Shown here in pieces: positions 26,982 to 37,507 of a DNA stretch of 64,000 nt. A program made the position numbers and the translations under genes. Under the pieces are notes generated by a model. The model made no database searches. It worked only from the letters and a program-made list of their open reading frames with translations, and had not been told where the DNA came from. The stretch comes from Thermoplasmata archaeon (GTDB lineage Archaea; Thermoplasmatota; Thermoplasmata; Lutacidiplasmatales; UBA184), in assembly GCA_021796385.1 (NCBI GenBank), contig JAJYXQ010000043.1, forward strand, positions 2,202-66,201, given 5' to 3'. Within the stretch, counting starts at the first letter, position 1; the number at the start of each line of letters is the position of its first letter.

Positions 26982-27735
26982 CCTGTTCCGGTTGATATAC
27001 CGTAACTTCCGGGTCAACACGGATCCCGGCTCCTTGGTCATCCTTATCGGCCTACCCGCACTTTACCTCGTCTTCTTCGGGTTCGGTTTCTCCTCCTTTG
27101 CCGGGGGTGGGACGGGAAATGCGTCCTACCTTGCCTTTCTCACACCCGGCATCATGGCCTTTCAAGTGGTCATGGCGGGTACGGTAGGGGGAAGCATTCT
27201 TTGGTCCGATCGCCGATGGGGTATGCTGGCCCAGCTCCTTTTGGGGCCGTTCACCCGGCTCGAATACCTCCTCGGGATCATGCTCACATCGGTCATCCTT
27301 GGACTCTTCGGGGCCATCATCATGCTCTTGGTCGCCCTCGGTCTGCTTGGATCCGTTCCCGTGACATTGACAGGATTCCTGATCATCTTAGGGGTGCTTA
27401 CCGTTGGGTCCCTGCTTTTCGGGTCCATCATGCTCATCATCGCCGCCCTTGTGAAGTCGAGCAATGCCTACAATAGCATCCAAGTCCTCATCATATTCGT
27501 GGTCAATTTTGCCAGCACAGTCTTTTACCCCTTCAGCCCCAAGCTCCCAACCCTTATCCAAGCCCTTTTCGATGTCAACCCCCTCACATACGTGGCGGAC
27601 ATAGTGAGGTCCTCCTACTTCGGCACGCTAGGAAGCGTAGACCTCAGCTACTTTATTGTCCTGGCTTCCAGTACCCTTGTGCTCCTCTACCTGGCAACCC
27701 GGACGTACATGCGTTCGGATGTCTCCATGGACTGA
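26968..27735 (+). CDS. ABC-2 type permease
   Basis: Multi-TM, YLAFLTPGI, NPLTY. Confidence 0.9.
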   Translation: MALPNLFRLIYRNFRVNTDPGSLVILIGLPALYLVFFGFGFSSFAGGGTGNASYLAFLTPGIMAFQVVMAGTVGGSILWSDRRWGMLAQLLLGPFTRLEYLLGIMLTSVILGLFGAIIMLLVALGLLGSVPVTLTGFLIILGVLTVGSLLFGSIMLIIAALVKSSNAYNSIQVLIIFVVNFASTVFYPFSPKLPTLIQALFDVNPLTYVADIVRSSYFGTLGSVDLSYFIVLASSTLVLLYLATRTYMRSDVSMD

Positions 27736-27885
27736 TCTGACGGTGAGAGGGGTTTGATCGCTCGGCTGTACGCCGGCGCGCTCTTTCGAGGTACTCAGGG
27801 AACTCCCGCTCGATTCAAGGTTGAAGCTTCACGGATCCTTACGACGGACGACACATTGGCCCGTGTCCATGTCACGCACCCAAGG

Positions 27886-30084
27886 TTAGGGATGCAGGGT
27901 TGCGAGGTATCCGACCAGATTGTTCGACACTACGAGGTAAACGAAGAGGATGCTGATGGTATTGACCACCTTGATGAGAGGGTTGATGGCTGGTCCTGCC
28001 GTGTCCTTTGTCGCATCACCAACAGTATCACCAACGACCGCGGCCTTGTGGGCGTCCGAACCCTTGCCTCCATAGTGACCCTGTTCGATCCACTTCTTCC
28101 CATTGTCCCAAGCGCCCCCACCCACGGTCATGAAGATGGCGAGCGGGAGTCCCGAAAGGATGACACCGAACAAGAGACCGCTCACCGCAACCGGTCCGAG
28201 TAGAAAGCCCACGGCCAACGGAGTCACCACTGCGATGATCGCGGGGGCCACGAGTTCGTTGATCGCAGTGCGGGTGACAATGTCTACACAAGGGCCGTAC
28301 TCGGGACGCCCCGACCCGTCCATGATCCCCTTGATCGTGCGGAACTGCCGACGGACCTCTTCCACGACGGCCTGGGCGGCTGTCCCGACCGCGCGCATCA
28401 GAAATGCGGTGAAGAAGAAGGGCAACATCGCACCAATGATGAGTCCGATGATCACGAGGGGCTGGTTCACCGCCAGTTGTTCCAATTGGGTGGCTCCCGC
28501 AGCCGGGAATGCCGCCTGATAGTAGGCAGCAAAGAGCACGAGGGCGGCCAACGCGGCGGATCCCACGGCGTACCCCTTCGTCACGGCTTTCGTGGTGTTC
28601 CCGACGGCGTCCAGCGGGTCGGTGATCTCACGGGCCTCCTTGGGCAACGCGGACATCTCTGCAATCCCTCCGGCATTGTCGGTAATCGGCCCGAAGGCAT
28701 CGATGGAGATGATCATTCCTGTGGCTGAGAGCATCGATGCGGCCGCAAGTCCGATCCCATAGAGACCAAAGTCTCCGGCACCAGCGGCCGTAGGTGCATA
28801 GAGATACATGACCCCATAAGCGGCGATGATACCACCGACGATTGCCAGGGCAGGTATCAGGACGGCTTCGAGCCCTACACTCATGCCTTGGATCACCACG
28901 GGTCCCGCCCCACGCTGGGCCGACTCCGCGATGGTGTTCACGGGGCGCCGGCCAGTGCTCGTGTAGAAGTCCGTTGAGAACACGATGACGAGCATCACGA
29001 TAAGGCCGGTGGTGCTCGCTACGAAGACCGCTCCCCATTCGGGGGCCATGAATATGTATGAGAGGATTGCAAGGCCGATCACTCCGACCACTACAGTCGC
29101 AATGAGTCCCTTGTACAGGGCACCCATGATAGAGCCCCCCTGACTCATGCGCACGAAGGGGAAGGCCACTATGGTCGCAACGATGGACCAGGCCGAAACG
29201 ATCAGCGGGAAAAGTATGGCCCAGGGAAGGTAGCTTGTGACGTCCTTCAAAAAGAAGGCAAGAAGCATCGTCGAGACCGCGGTGACCACATAGGTCTCGA
29301 ACAGGTCGGCGGCCATTCCGGCGCAATCCCCGACATTGTCCCCCACGTTGTCCGCGATGACGGCCGGGTTCCGCGGGTCATCTTCAGGGATCCCTGCCTC
29401 GACCTTGCCGACAAGGTCTGCTCCCACATCCGCTCCCTTGGTGTAGATTCCCCCACCGACCCGGGCGAAGAGGCTCATCAGCGAGGCGCCAAAGATAAAG
29501 CCCGCCATCTCCAGTATGTTTCCCTGGAAGCCTATGTAGAACCCAATCAGTCCTAGTAAGGCGAATCCTGCAACGGAAAGACCAGTCACGGAACCGCTCA
29601 TGAAGGCAAACCGCATGGCGGCGTCGAGCCCCCGCTCATGGGCCGTTTTGCGAGCTTCTTCGGAAGATCCTTTGACGGACCCCTCGTCGAACTTGCCCTG
29701 TTCCCGAGCCACGTTCGCTGTTCGAACATTCGCCCGGACACTAACATACATTCCGAGGTAGCCTGCTAAGGCGCTCCCGATCGCCCCGGCAACAAAGCCG
29801 AGAGCCATGTGAGCGCTGAAGAAAGTGTCCCCGTGGGATGCCCCGTACTCGTAGAGCCCCCCCAGGATCAGTACCGCTATGATGGCACCGACCACTGCGA
29901 CTGTCTTGTATTCTCGGGCCAGGAAGGCTTCGGCACCCTCCCGGATGGCCTTTGAGATTTCCCGCATCCGGTCGGTTCCCTCGTCTTCTTGAAAGACCCG
30001 GTAGGTCTCATATCCGGCGAACCCGAGGGCAAGCATCGCGGCAAGGAAGACAAACAGCTCCACGATCGGCACTGGAAGGGTCAT
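27886..30084 (-). CDS. hppA: Membrane-bound pyrophosphatase, predicted K+-independent H+-PPase
   Basis: DVGADLVGKVE, DNVGDNVGD, GNTTK signature. Confidence 0.95.
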   Translation of the reverse strand: MTLPVPIVELFVFLAAMLALGFAGYETYRVFQEDEGTDRMREISKAIREGAEAFLAREYKTVAVVGAIIAVLILGGLYEYGASHGDTFFSAHMALGFVAGAIGSALAGYLGMYVSVRANVRTANVAREQGKFDEGSVKGSSEEARKTAHERGLDAAMRFAFMSGSVTGLSVAGFALLGLIGFYIGFQGNILEMAGFIFGASLMSLFARVGGGIYTKGADVGADLVGKVEAGIPEDDPRNPAVIADNVGDNVGDCAGMAADLFETYVVTAVSTMLLAFFLKDVTSYLPWAILFPLIVSAWSIVATIVAFPFVRMSQGGSIMGALYKGLIATVVVGVIGLAILSYIFMAPEWGAVFVASTTGLIVMLVIVFSTDFYTSTGRRPVNTIAESAQRGAGPVVIQGMSVGLEAVLIPALAIVGGIIAAYGVMYLYAPTAAGAGDFGLYGIGLAAASMLSATGMIISIDAFGPITDNAGGIAEMSALPKEAREITDPLDAVGNTTKAVTKGYAVGSAALAALVLFAAYYQAAFPAAGATQLEQLAVNQPLVIIGLIIGAMLPFFFTAFLMRAVGTAAQAVVEEVRRQFRTIKGIMDGSGRPEYGPCVDIVTRTAINELVAPAIIAVVTPLAVGFLLGPVAVSGLLFGVILSGLPLAIFMTVGGGAWDNGKKWIEQGHYGGKGSDAHKAAVVGDTVGDATKDTAGPAINPLIKVVNTISILFVYLVVSNNLVGYLATLHP

Positions 30085-30599
30085 TTTTCACCGGTTGACG
30101 TTCCCCTCAGGGCACTTCCAGTACGTTTTAACGTTTCCACTTCGGCCCCCATGTGACGGCGGATGCCAAAAATCAGGAACGCAAGCAAGCCGTCCACAAG
30201 GAAGGTCGCAAGATAGAACGCATAGTGGTCCTGGGTCAGGAAGAACGTAAGACCGGTCAGGCTGGAAGTGATCTTCAGTACTAGCAGGATATTGAGATAC
30301 GGTGCAGGTTCGGTAGGCTCCCGCCCCGCCGCAAAGGAACAGGCGGCCGCCCCGATCATATAGGCTAAGGTGAAGATAAGCCAGCCGCCAAAGGAATCCT
30401 CCAAGTGGTCCGAGGGGGGTTGTGGCAGTCCTAAGTTCGCTCCCAACTGCCCGATGGTCTGGGCGGCGGACATCGGATAGACCACATACAAGAACCCGAA
30501 GAGAAGGAAAATGGTCCCCAGGGCATATAGCAGCAGGGATGAGGTACGGCAGATCGGGAACCAGCCTATTCCCGACGCCCTCGTTACTTCGTCTGTCAC
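30081..30599 (-). CDS. Membrane protein
   Basis: About 4 hydrophobic segments; GTGA overlap with GMC stop, ATGA overlap with hppA. Confidence 0.7.
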   Translation of the reverse strand: MTDEVTRASGIGWFPICRTSSLLLYALGTIFLLFGFLYVVYPMSAAQTIGQLGANLGLPQPPSDHLEDSFGGWLIFTLAYMIGAAACSFAAGREPTEPAPYLNILLVLKITSSLTGLTFFLTQDHYAFYLATFLVDGLLAFLIFGIRRHMGAEVETLKRTGSALRGTSTGEK

Positions 30600-32512
30600 G
30601 GGGTCCACTCCTTCGCCCAGAGTTCCGCATTGCGCTCCGCTAGGCCAATGATACTGATCATAGGGTTGACTTGTGGAGAGCCGGGCAGCATGCTCGCATC
30701 CGACACCGCGAGTCCATCCTCTCCCCATACGAGACCCCGGTCATCGGTCATGCCTAACTCCGCCTCCCCCGCCATTCGTGCCGTTCCGAGCGGGTGGAAC
30801 GCGAACAAGTGAAGGCTTTCTCGGGGAAGGGGGTCGGCCTCGAAACCGGCGATGTCACCCGGACGGTCAATGGACCGGCCCGCCCCAATGGGAAGGAAGA
30901 CATGCCGGGCTCCGGCAGCCAAAAGGACCCGGGCCGAGAGCGCCATGGCCTCCCGTATACGCTCGATGTCCCCGGGGTTTAAGCTATAGGATATCCAAGG
31001 GTGCCCGGAAGTCTCCGTTATGAGCTGGCCCTCTGAATCCTCGCTCACCATACCGCCGACGATCGCCCATCGATGAAGCAAGGAGAGATAATCCTTGTAC
31101 TCCCGCCCGATTCGCGGAGTGAGACCGGCCGTACTGAGTATCCCTCGAGGCTGAAAGGTGGCCTCTAGCAGGATCTTGGGGTCATCCCCCCGTATGAAGT
31201 AGGACTGGAGCACCCCTTCCCACCCATGGACCTCTTCCGACATTTCCCCCGCCACCTCAAACGAAGGATGGATACGGAGATGTCGGCCGCAATGGGAGCG
31301 GGAGCGCCGAAGTCCGCGCCCGGAGAGTAGAGTCGGTGTGTGTAAGGCACCACCCGCCACCACAAGCCATCGAGCCCGGACGGCCACGTTCGCGCCCGGG
31401 GAGGATTCCCCCTTACCTCCTCCAAAGCGCGCTCGTACTTCCCAACGGAACTTGCCTTCCCGGATAGGGCGAACGTTTCGGACACGACAACCCGAAATGA
31501 TCCGGGCACCCCGTGCGAGGGCCTCTGGAAGGTACGATAGCGCCATGCTTCGCTTGGCATCCCTTGGACAACCGATCACGCATTCATCCGACCCACGACA
31601 CCCCGGGGCGGGACGCGGGATGACACCATGTTCCCTCACGCCTAACGCATCGGCCCCTTTCTTCATGGCCCGGGCGTTCCCCCCCAAGATATCCCAAGTC
31701 GGGATCCCGACTCCCAACGTCTTCTCGGCCCGCTCGAAAAACGGGGCCAATCGTTCCGGAGAGAAGGAATGCAATGCAAGATCCGAAGCCCAACGGCGCA
31801 CCACGGTGTCTGGAGGTCGAAAACAGCTTCCGGAATTGAAAACCGTGGTGCCACCGACCGCGCTCGCTTCCACCACGGACACCACCGGTCGACCGAGGGT
31901 GGTCAGCAAACCCGCCCCCCGGTAGTGCCTTGCCATTCTGGCTAACGGAGGTCCACGGAAATCCGCTCGGTTGTACGGGTTTCCTTCCTCTAAGATAAGC
32001 ACTCGGAGGCCCGATGCTGCCAGAACCTTGGCTGCCGGAGCCCCGCCCGCACCACTTCCGATGATACAGACGTCGCAATCACGATTGGCGGCGACGCTGA
32101 CTTCCCCTATGGACTGGGTAGGCAGGCGGGGAGCGGGGGGTCCCAGGTCAGACAGCGGAGGCCCGCGGATCCCCAGAGCGGACCGCACCGAATCCCGAGA
32201 AGTGTAGGCCCCCTCAATGAGATGGCGAAGAAGTTGGACAAGGGCCCCCGGAATCCCCCCCTGTGCCCCCATCGACGTCAAGTGCTCCTCAGCCGCGCGG
32301 GCCGGCAAGGAGCTCAAGCGCGCGCCATGCGACGAAAAGAAGGCGGAAAGGTCGACGGCCCAGACGGCTCCGTGTACGAGCGACCTCGAGATAGGGTCTG
32401 CCTCCAAGAGAAGGCGTTCTATTTCCTGTGGTACCCCTTCGTCCATCGCACCCGATGGGACGAACCCCCCCGGAGGGATCAGGGTGTCTGCGATCTTTTC
32501 AAGAGGGTTCAT
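30596..32512 (-). CDS. GMC family oxidoreductase
   Basis: IIGSGAGG, GGTTVFNSG, HPLGTARM, DAS..P....NP. Confidence 0.92.
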   Translation of the reverse strand: MNPLEKIADTLIPPGGFVPSGAMDEGVPQEIERLLLEADPISRSLVHGAVWAVDLSAFFSSHGARLSSLPARAAEEHLTSMGAQGGIPGALVQLLRHLIEGAYTSRDSVRSALGIRGPPLSDLGPPAPRLPTQSIGEVSVAANRDCDVCIIGSGAGGAPAAKVLAASGLRVLILEEGNPYNRADFRGPPLARMARHYRGAGLLTTLGRPVVSVVEASAVGGTTVFNSGSCFRPPDTVVRRWASDLALHSFSPERLAPFFERAEKTLGVGIPTWDILGGNARAMKKGADALGVREHGVIPRPAPGCRGSDECVIGCPRDAKRSMALSYLPEALARGARIISGCRVRNVRPIREGKFRWEVRARFGGGKGESSPGANVAVRARWLVVAGGALHTPTLLSGRGLRRSRSHCGRHLRIHPSFEVAGEMSEEVHGWEGVLQSYFIRGDDPKILLEATFQPRGILSTAGLTPRIGREYKDYLSLLHRWAIVGGMVSEDSEGQLITETSGHPWISYSLNPGDIERIREAMALSARVLLAAGARHVFLPIGAGRSIDRPGDIAGFEADPLPRESLHLFAFHPLGTARMAGEAELGMTDDRGLVWGEDGLAVSDASMLPGSPQVNPMISIIGLAERNAELWAKEWTP

Positions 32513-32994
32513 CGGCCGTCCGACTCGAGTAACTTCTTGAGCTCAAGCAAAGACTCCTGGGTTTCCCTCCGCACCCGGGAGCGCAGGAAAAGCCAATCGA
32601 TCAAACTACCGAGTGGACCATATGGGAGCACATAGTGCAGCCTGAACCGCATTCCACTGAACGCCCCTCTAGGCTCGATTTCGCAATGGTCTTCAAACTC
32701 GCGGAAAGGCGGCAGGGGAAGCTCTTTCCCTTCTGCTCGCCGTCCGGTCACCATCCGGTCCGTGAAGCGGTGTGGAGGAGCCCACTCTGTCACCTCTTGG
32801 ACCCAGCCGAAATCCTTCCGACCGAGATGGGCATGGACCTCAAGCAAGGTCCCTACCCGGATCGGCGTGGGGGTGAGATGACGCCCGACCTTTATCGAAC
32901 GATGCCAGCGGGGGGCATTCTCCCCATTGGAGACAAAGGCAAAGACCTTCTCCGGAGGAGCGCGGATTTCGGTGGTAAACGCTAGGCTCCCCAC
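32509..32994 (-). CDS. SRPBCC/START family protein
   Basis: EIRAPPEKVFAFVS...PRW...L.ELKKLLE. Confidence 0.85.
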   Translation of the reverse strand: MGSLAFTTEIRAPPEKVFAFVSNGENAPRWHRSIKVGRHLTPTPIRVGTLLEVHAHLGRKDFGWVQEVTEWAPPHRFTDRMVTGRRAEGKELPLPPFREFEDHCEIEPRGAFSGMRFRLHYVLPYGPLGSLIDWLFLRSRVRRETQESLLELKKLLESDGR

Positions 32995-33005
32995 GTCTTC
33001 AAAGC

Positions 33006-33329
33006 CTACTGGATCGCCTTCCTCAGATCTTCAATGTCCTTATCTGAAAGTCCCTTCAAACTGGCGCCATCCCGGCGCCAAAAGACCCCGCCATCTCGAA
33101 ACACGACGACCGTAGGTATCACATCCAGATGGAAGGCATTCCACAAGGGGTCATCTGTATCAGACACATCTGCCCATGCCGTTGTGCCTTCGAGCGTTCC
33201 CTCTTGCTTCTCGTATCGTCGTCGGAAATCCCGGCAATAGGGACACCACTCCGCCCCGAATGCAACGATCCATTGCCCGTCCCGAAGAAGTCGATCTTCC
33301 GAGAAATCCGCACGGCTCAGGTTCTGCAT
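33006..33329 (-). CDS. Thioredoxin family protein
   Basis: AEWCPYC, VIPTVVVFRDG. Confidence 0.88.
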   Translation of the reverse strand: MQNLSRADFSEDRLLRDGQWIVAFGAEWCPYCRDFRRRYEKQEGTLEGTTAWADVSDTDDPLWNAFHLDVIPTVVVFRDGGVFWRRDGASLKGLSDKDIEDLRKAIQ

Positions 33330-33420
33330 GGACGTCGGGATGCGATTTCCCTTCTTATCTATTCCTCCCGAACCATTCTATCGTACGGTCGGTCGAGAAC
33401 CAATCCGGACTACCTCGGAG

Positions 33421-34262
33421 CTATGGTCCGAGGCCCGTGCCGTAATCGAGTATAACGGCCCTTTCCCCCGGGAAGAATCCCAACGAGCGGTACAATATGA
33501 TCGTGGCTGGATTGGATTGTTCTAAAAAGAGCCCATCCTTATGCACCTGCCGGAACTTTTCCCGGAGAAAAGCGGAAGTCACCTGCGTGGCTAGCCTTGA
33601 TGAAGGTACCCTTCCAAGGTCTCCACACCGGTGAGCACACACTTTCCGAGACCCACCCAGATGCATTGGTGGACGATACGGATGCAATTCGCCTTCCCCT
33701 ACGTAATCCATACACCATTTGCCACTGAACGGAACGTCCGGTTCTTCGCCACCGAACGGGCAAAGCCGTCCCTTGAGCGCGGAAGAGGCGCCGGCAAGGT
33801 GAATCGGGTGAGGTCCTCGACATCCTCGGGAACGAGACGGAGTGCATCACCGATAGCCTAAGAGTGGAAGCCCTCCCGGGGGACCTACATCACGATCCCT
33901 GTGTAGTCCCACGTGAGCTCTGGGCGTCGGATTAGGAACTCCCTCAATCCTGCGTCGTCCGAAACTACATGCCGCACATGAGGCAGGTAGTCCATTGGAG
34001 GATGGACTGTTTCCGGTCCTCTGGGGAGATAACACCAAGTCAGGTCATGCTCCGGAAGGGATGAAAGGTGAAGGTACTGGCAGGGCTGATCGTCACAGTG
34101 CACCACGTAGAGCTTCCTTCTATCGGGCGCATCTGACCTGAGGGAGCATACGGGATATTGGCCGCGGACTGGGTCAGAAAGATGGTATGAAAGGTTTCCG
34201 GGACCGAGTTCGGCGACCTGGATCAAATCTACGTCATGAATAATGCGAACGCCGGAGCGCAA
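33421..34262 (-). pseudogene. Fragmented GNAT acetyltransferase
   Basis: GNAT motifs spread over frames: LTGVETLEGYLHQG / LATQVTSA / N...ILYRSLGF. Confidence 0.6.
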
Positions 34263-34304
34263 ACCCTGAGACGTCTATATATCATGAGTTGAGGTTTCCC
34301 CTGC

Positions 34305-36314
34305 ATGGTCGCATTCGAACTTGACAAGACCATGTCCCCGCGCGGAGACCAGCCCGAGGCGATACGGGAATTGGTCTCCGGGGTGAAGAGGGGGGAGCCA
34401 TATCAAACCCTCCTCGGGGTAACCGGTTCTGGCAAGACATTCACAATGGCGAACATCATTGCTGCGCTGGATCGGCCGGCACTTGTCATTTCCCCTAACA
34501 AGACCTTGGCCGCGCAACTCACGAGCGAGTTCCGTGCCCTCTTCCCCCAGAACGCCGTGGAGTACTTCGTCAGCTACTATGACTACTACCAGCCAGAGGC
34601 ATATGTTCCTGCCTCGGACCTTTACATCGAGAAGGACGCCTCGGTCAACGCGGAGATTGACCAACTGCGGCACCGAGCGACACAGGCGCTCTTGACTCGG
34701 AGGGATGTGATTGTCGTCGCCTCGGTCAGTTGCATCTACGGGCTTGGTTCCCCGGAGGAATACCGCTCGAGCATCTTGGAGCTGCATACCGGAGATGCCC
34801 TCCCTCGGCGCGAATTGCTGGCCAAACTGGTTTCCATGCGTTACGAACGCAATGATGTCGAACTGGACCGGGGCCGCTTTCGAGTGCTCGGCTCTACCTT
34901 GGAGATCATGGACACGGTCTCCCGGATGTACCGGGCGACGTTCGCAGGAAACGTGCTCGAGACGCTCCATGAAGTGGACCCCACCACGCGCGAGGAACTT
35001 CGCCCATTGACGGCGATCGCTCTTTTCCCGGCAACCCATTTCGTGACGGCATCCGAGAAGCTGGAGAGCATCATCGCCGAGATCCGTACGGAGTTGGGCG
35101 CGCGGGTGAAGGAACTGGTGGACCAGAACAAACCCCTCGAGGCCCAACGCCTCAAGACCCGTACCGAATATGATATCGACATGATTCGGGAAACCGGGTA
35201 CTGCAGTGGCATCGAGAACTACTCTCGATTCTTCTCCGGACGGTCTCCCGGTGAGCCCCCCTTTACCCTTCTCGATTTCTTTCCCGAAGACCGCCTGACG
35301 TTCGTGGACGAGTCTCATGTCACGCTTCCGCAGCTCCGGGGAATGTACGAAGGTGACCGGACCCGGAAGAACAACCTCGTCGACTTCGGGTGGCGGCTGC
35401 CATCGTGCCGCGACAACCGTCCGTTGAAATGGAAGGAGTTCCTAGCTCACACGCCTCAGGCCATTTTCGTGTCGGCCACCCCGGGCCCGCTCGAACTCAA
35501 GCTGAGCCGGACGATCGTAGAGCAGGTCATCCGACCTACGGGGCTCGTGGACCCCCCCATCGAGGTACGACCGTTAAAGGGACACGTGAACGACCTGATC
35601 GAAGAGATCCGCCAGAAGGTGAGTCATGGGGAACGAGCGCTCGTCACCACCCTGACTAAGGTGACAGCGGAAGACTTGGCCGATCATCTGGCGTCCAAGG
35701 ATCTGAAAGTTCGTTACCTTCATTCCGAGGTGGAGACCCTCAAGCGGATCGAGGTGATCCGCGACCTGCGCCTTGGGGTGTTCGATGTCCTTGTCGGGGT
35801 CAACCTCCTCCGAGAGGGGCTGGACCTCCCCGAAGTGGGACTCGTGGCCATCCTCGATGCCGACAAGGAAGGATACCTGCGCTCCGAGACCTCCATCATT
35901 CAAACCGCTGGCCGGGCTTCCCGGAACGTAGACGGGAAGGTGATACTCTACGCGGACCGGCAGACCGGTTCTATGGAACGGGCCATCCGGGAGATGGCGC
36001 GAAGACGTCAGAAGCAGATCGAGTACAACTCGGCCCATGGGATCGTTCCCGCTACGGTGATGAAGGAGGTCCGCGGTCTACTGGCCGAGAACTTGGGGTC
36101 CGCCTCCGGGGAACTCTCGGTCTCGCATCTGGGCAAGTACTGGAAGGACAAGCTGCCCCTGCTCGTAGCGAATCTCGAAGAGGAGATGCGTCTCGCGGCC
36201 GAGGAACTCGATTTTGAGGAGGCCGCCCGCATCCGGGACCGTATTCGCAAGTTGCTGGATTCGGCCAGTCCGGCCTCCCGGCCCCGGGCTCCGGAACGTA
36301 TTTCACGGCCTTAG
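34305..36314 (+). CDS. uvrB: Excinuclease ABC subunit B
   Basis: GVTGSGKT, YYDYYQPEAY, DESH, C-terminal UVR motif. Confidence 0.98.
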   Translation: MVAFELDKTMSPRGDQPEAIRELVSGVKRGEPYQTLLGVTGSGKTFTMANIIAALDRPALVISPNKTLAAQLTSEFRALFPQNAVEYFVSYYDYYQPEAYVPASDLYIEKDASVNAEIDQLRHRATQALLTRRDVIVVASVSCIYGLGSPEEYRSSILELHTGDALPRRELLAKLVSMRYERNDVELDRGRFRVLGSTLEIMDTVSRMYRATFAGNVLETLHEVDPTTREELRPLTAIALFPATHFVTASEKLESIIAEIRTELGARVKELVDQNKPLEAQRLKTRTEYDIDMIRETGYCSGIENYSRFFSGRSPGEPPFTLLDFFPEDRLTFVDESHVTLPQLRGMYEGDRTRKNNLVDFGWRLPSCRDNRPLKWKEFLAHTPQAIFVSATPGPLELKLSRTIVEQVIRPTGLVDPPIEVRPLKGHVNDLIEEIRQKVSHGERALVTTLTKVTAEDLADHLASKDLKVRYLHSEVETLKRIEVIRDLRLGVFDVLVGVNLLREGLDLPEVGLVAILDADKEGYLRSETSIIQTAGRASRNVDGKVILYADRQTGSMERAIREMARRRQKQIEYNSAHGIVPATVMKEVRGLLAENLGSASGELSVSHLGKYWKDKLPLLVANLEEEMRLAAEELDFEEAARIRDRIRKLLDSASPASRPRAPERISRP

Positions 36315-36465
36315 AATGGCAAGCGCAAGAACTATCCCTTTCCTGGATATGCGATCAGCAGCGCACATGGGTCCTTTGCACCAAAAGTCTACGGCTTTCT
36401 CGGGCTCTGTGCCAAGCAGACTGTTCTCATGGACGGAACCCTTGTTGCCTAGGGGGGAATGATTG

Positions 36466-37497
36466 ATGGCAACCGGAACCGTCCCCCCAGTGCCGTTCGT
36501 GTCCCGAACTGGTGAAGTCTTGGTCTCAGGAAGAGGACTTCTCAACCATCAGTCCTCTAAGATGAACAACGAAGCCCCCTTTGGCGTCGATACTCCTGGT
36601 ACCAAGACCTCGGGGATCCAAGAGGCCGTCGACTGGCTCTATTCCCACCGCAAGGGGAACAACCGGACGGCTGAAGGGGGCCGCATCCGGGTCGTCGGGG
36701 ACGTGGCCATCCATGACACTGTTCGGATCCCCATCTGGCCCGGACTATTGTTCGAGGCCGACCATATCACCGTGGCCATGCAGGAGGGGGATGGGTTCCT
36801 GATCGGTCACGACTACAAGGAGCTCGGGGACATCATCATCGGAGGGTCCACCCTCTCCATCCGGGTTTTGGACGGGCCGTTCGTGGGCAACCGGGGTCCG
36901 GCACTCCCCAAGTATTCAAGCCGTGGCACCACGGGGCTCCATGTGAAACAACTGGACGGCGGTCGGATCGATATCGGCATGGTGCGGTTCTTCACGCGTT
37001 ATGGGATCTTCCTTGACGGTTTCGACGAAGAGGATGCCCATGCGGCCTGCATCGACAATCTCATCCTCGTCAATGCGTTCACGTCGAACGGTGTCGGTCT
37101 CCGGACCCGGAGCAATTCAAGCCCGCAAGGGAGCTTCACGGGCGGAAATCGGTTGATGCTTGGTCATTTCCTCGGCAATTTCTATGGAATCCTTTTGGAC
37201 GCCGATACGGACGAGGGCGGGCACGTCAGTGTGACGAACCCTACGAGCATCAACAATCACCTCTTCGCGACCGTGGAAGATTCTACGGTGCTCATGCTGC
37301 AGCAACGACCCCCGGATGCCGCGGACGTTATCATCAACTCGACCGCGTGCTTTCTTGTGTTGAATGCCAAAGTCGCTGACCTGCGGGGCGACCAGAACTT
37401 CCTGGTGATGCCGGGGGTCGAACGGTTACGACGCTCCCGTCCTGAGGATCATAATGTGGTCGCCGCTCCGACCATGCGTCCCGGTGGGTTCTTCTAA
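36466..37497 (+). CDS. Hypothetical beta-helix-like protein
   Basis: FGVDTPGTKTSGIQEAV...GGRI cap motif followed by Asn/Gly-rich beta repeats. Confidence 0.6.
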   Translation: MATGTVPPVPFVSRTGEVLVSGRGLLNHQSSKMNNEAPFGVDTPGTKTSGIQEAVDWLYSHRKGNNRTAEGGRIRVVGDVAIHDTVRIPIWPGLLFEADHITVAMQEGDGFLIGHDYKELGDIIIGGSTLSIRVLDGPFVGNRGPALPKYSSRGTTGLHVKQLDGGRIDIGMVRFFTRYGIFLDGFDEEDAHAACIDNLILVNAFTSNGVGLRTRSNSSPQGSFTGGNRLMLGHFLGNFYGILLDADTDEGGHVSVTNPTSINNHLFATVEDSTVLMLQQRPPDAADVIINSTACFLVLNAKVADLRGDQNFLVMPGVERLRRSRPEDHNVVAAPTMRPGGFF

Positions 37498-37507
37498 TTT
37501 CTCAGCG

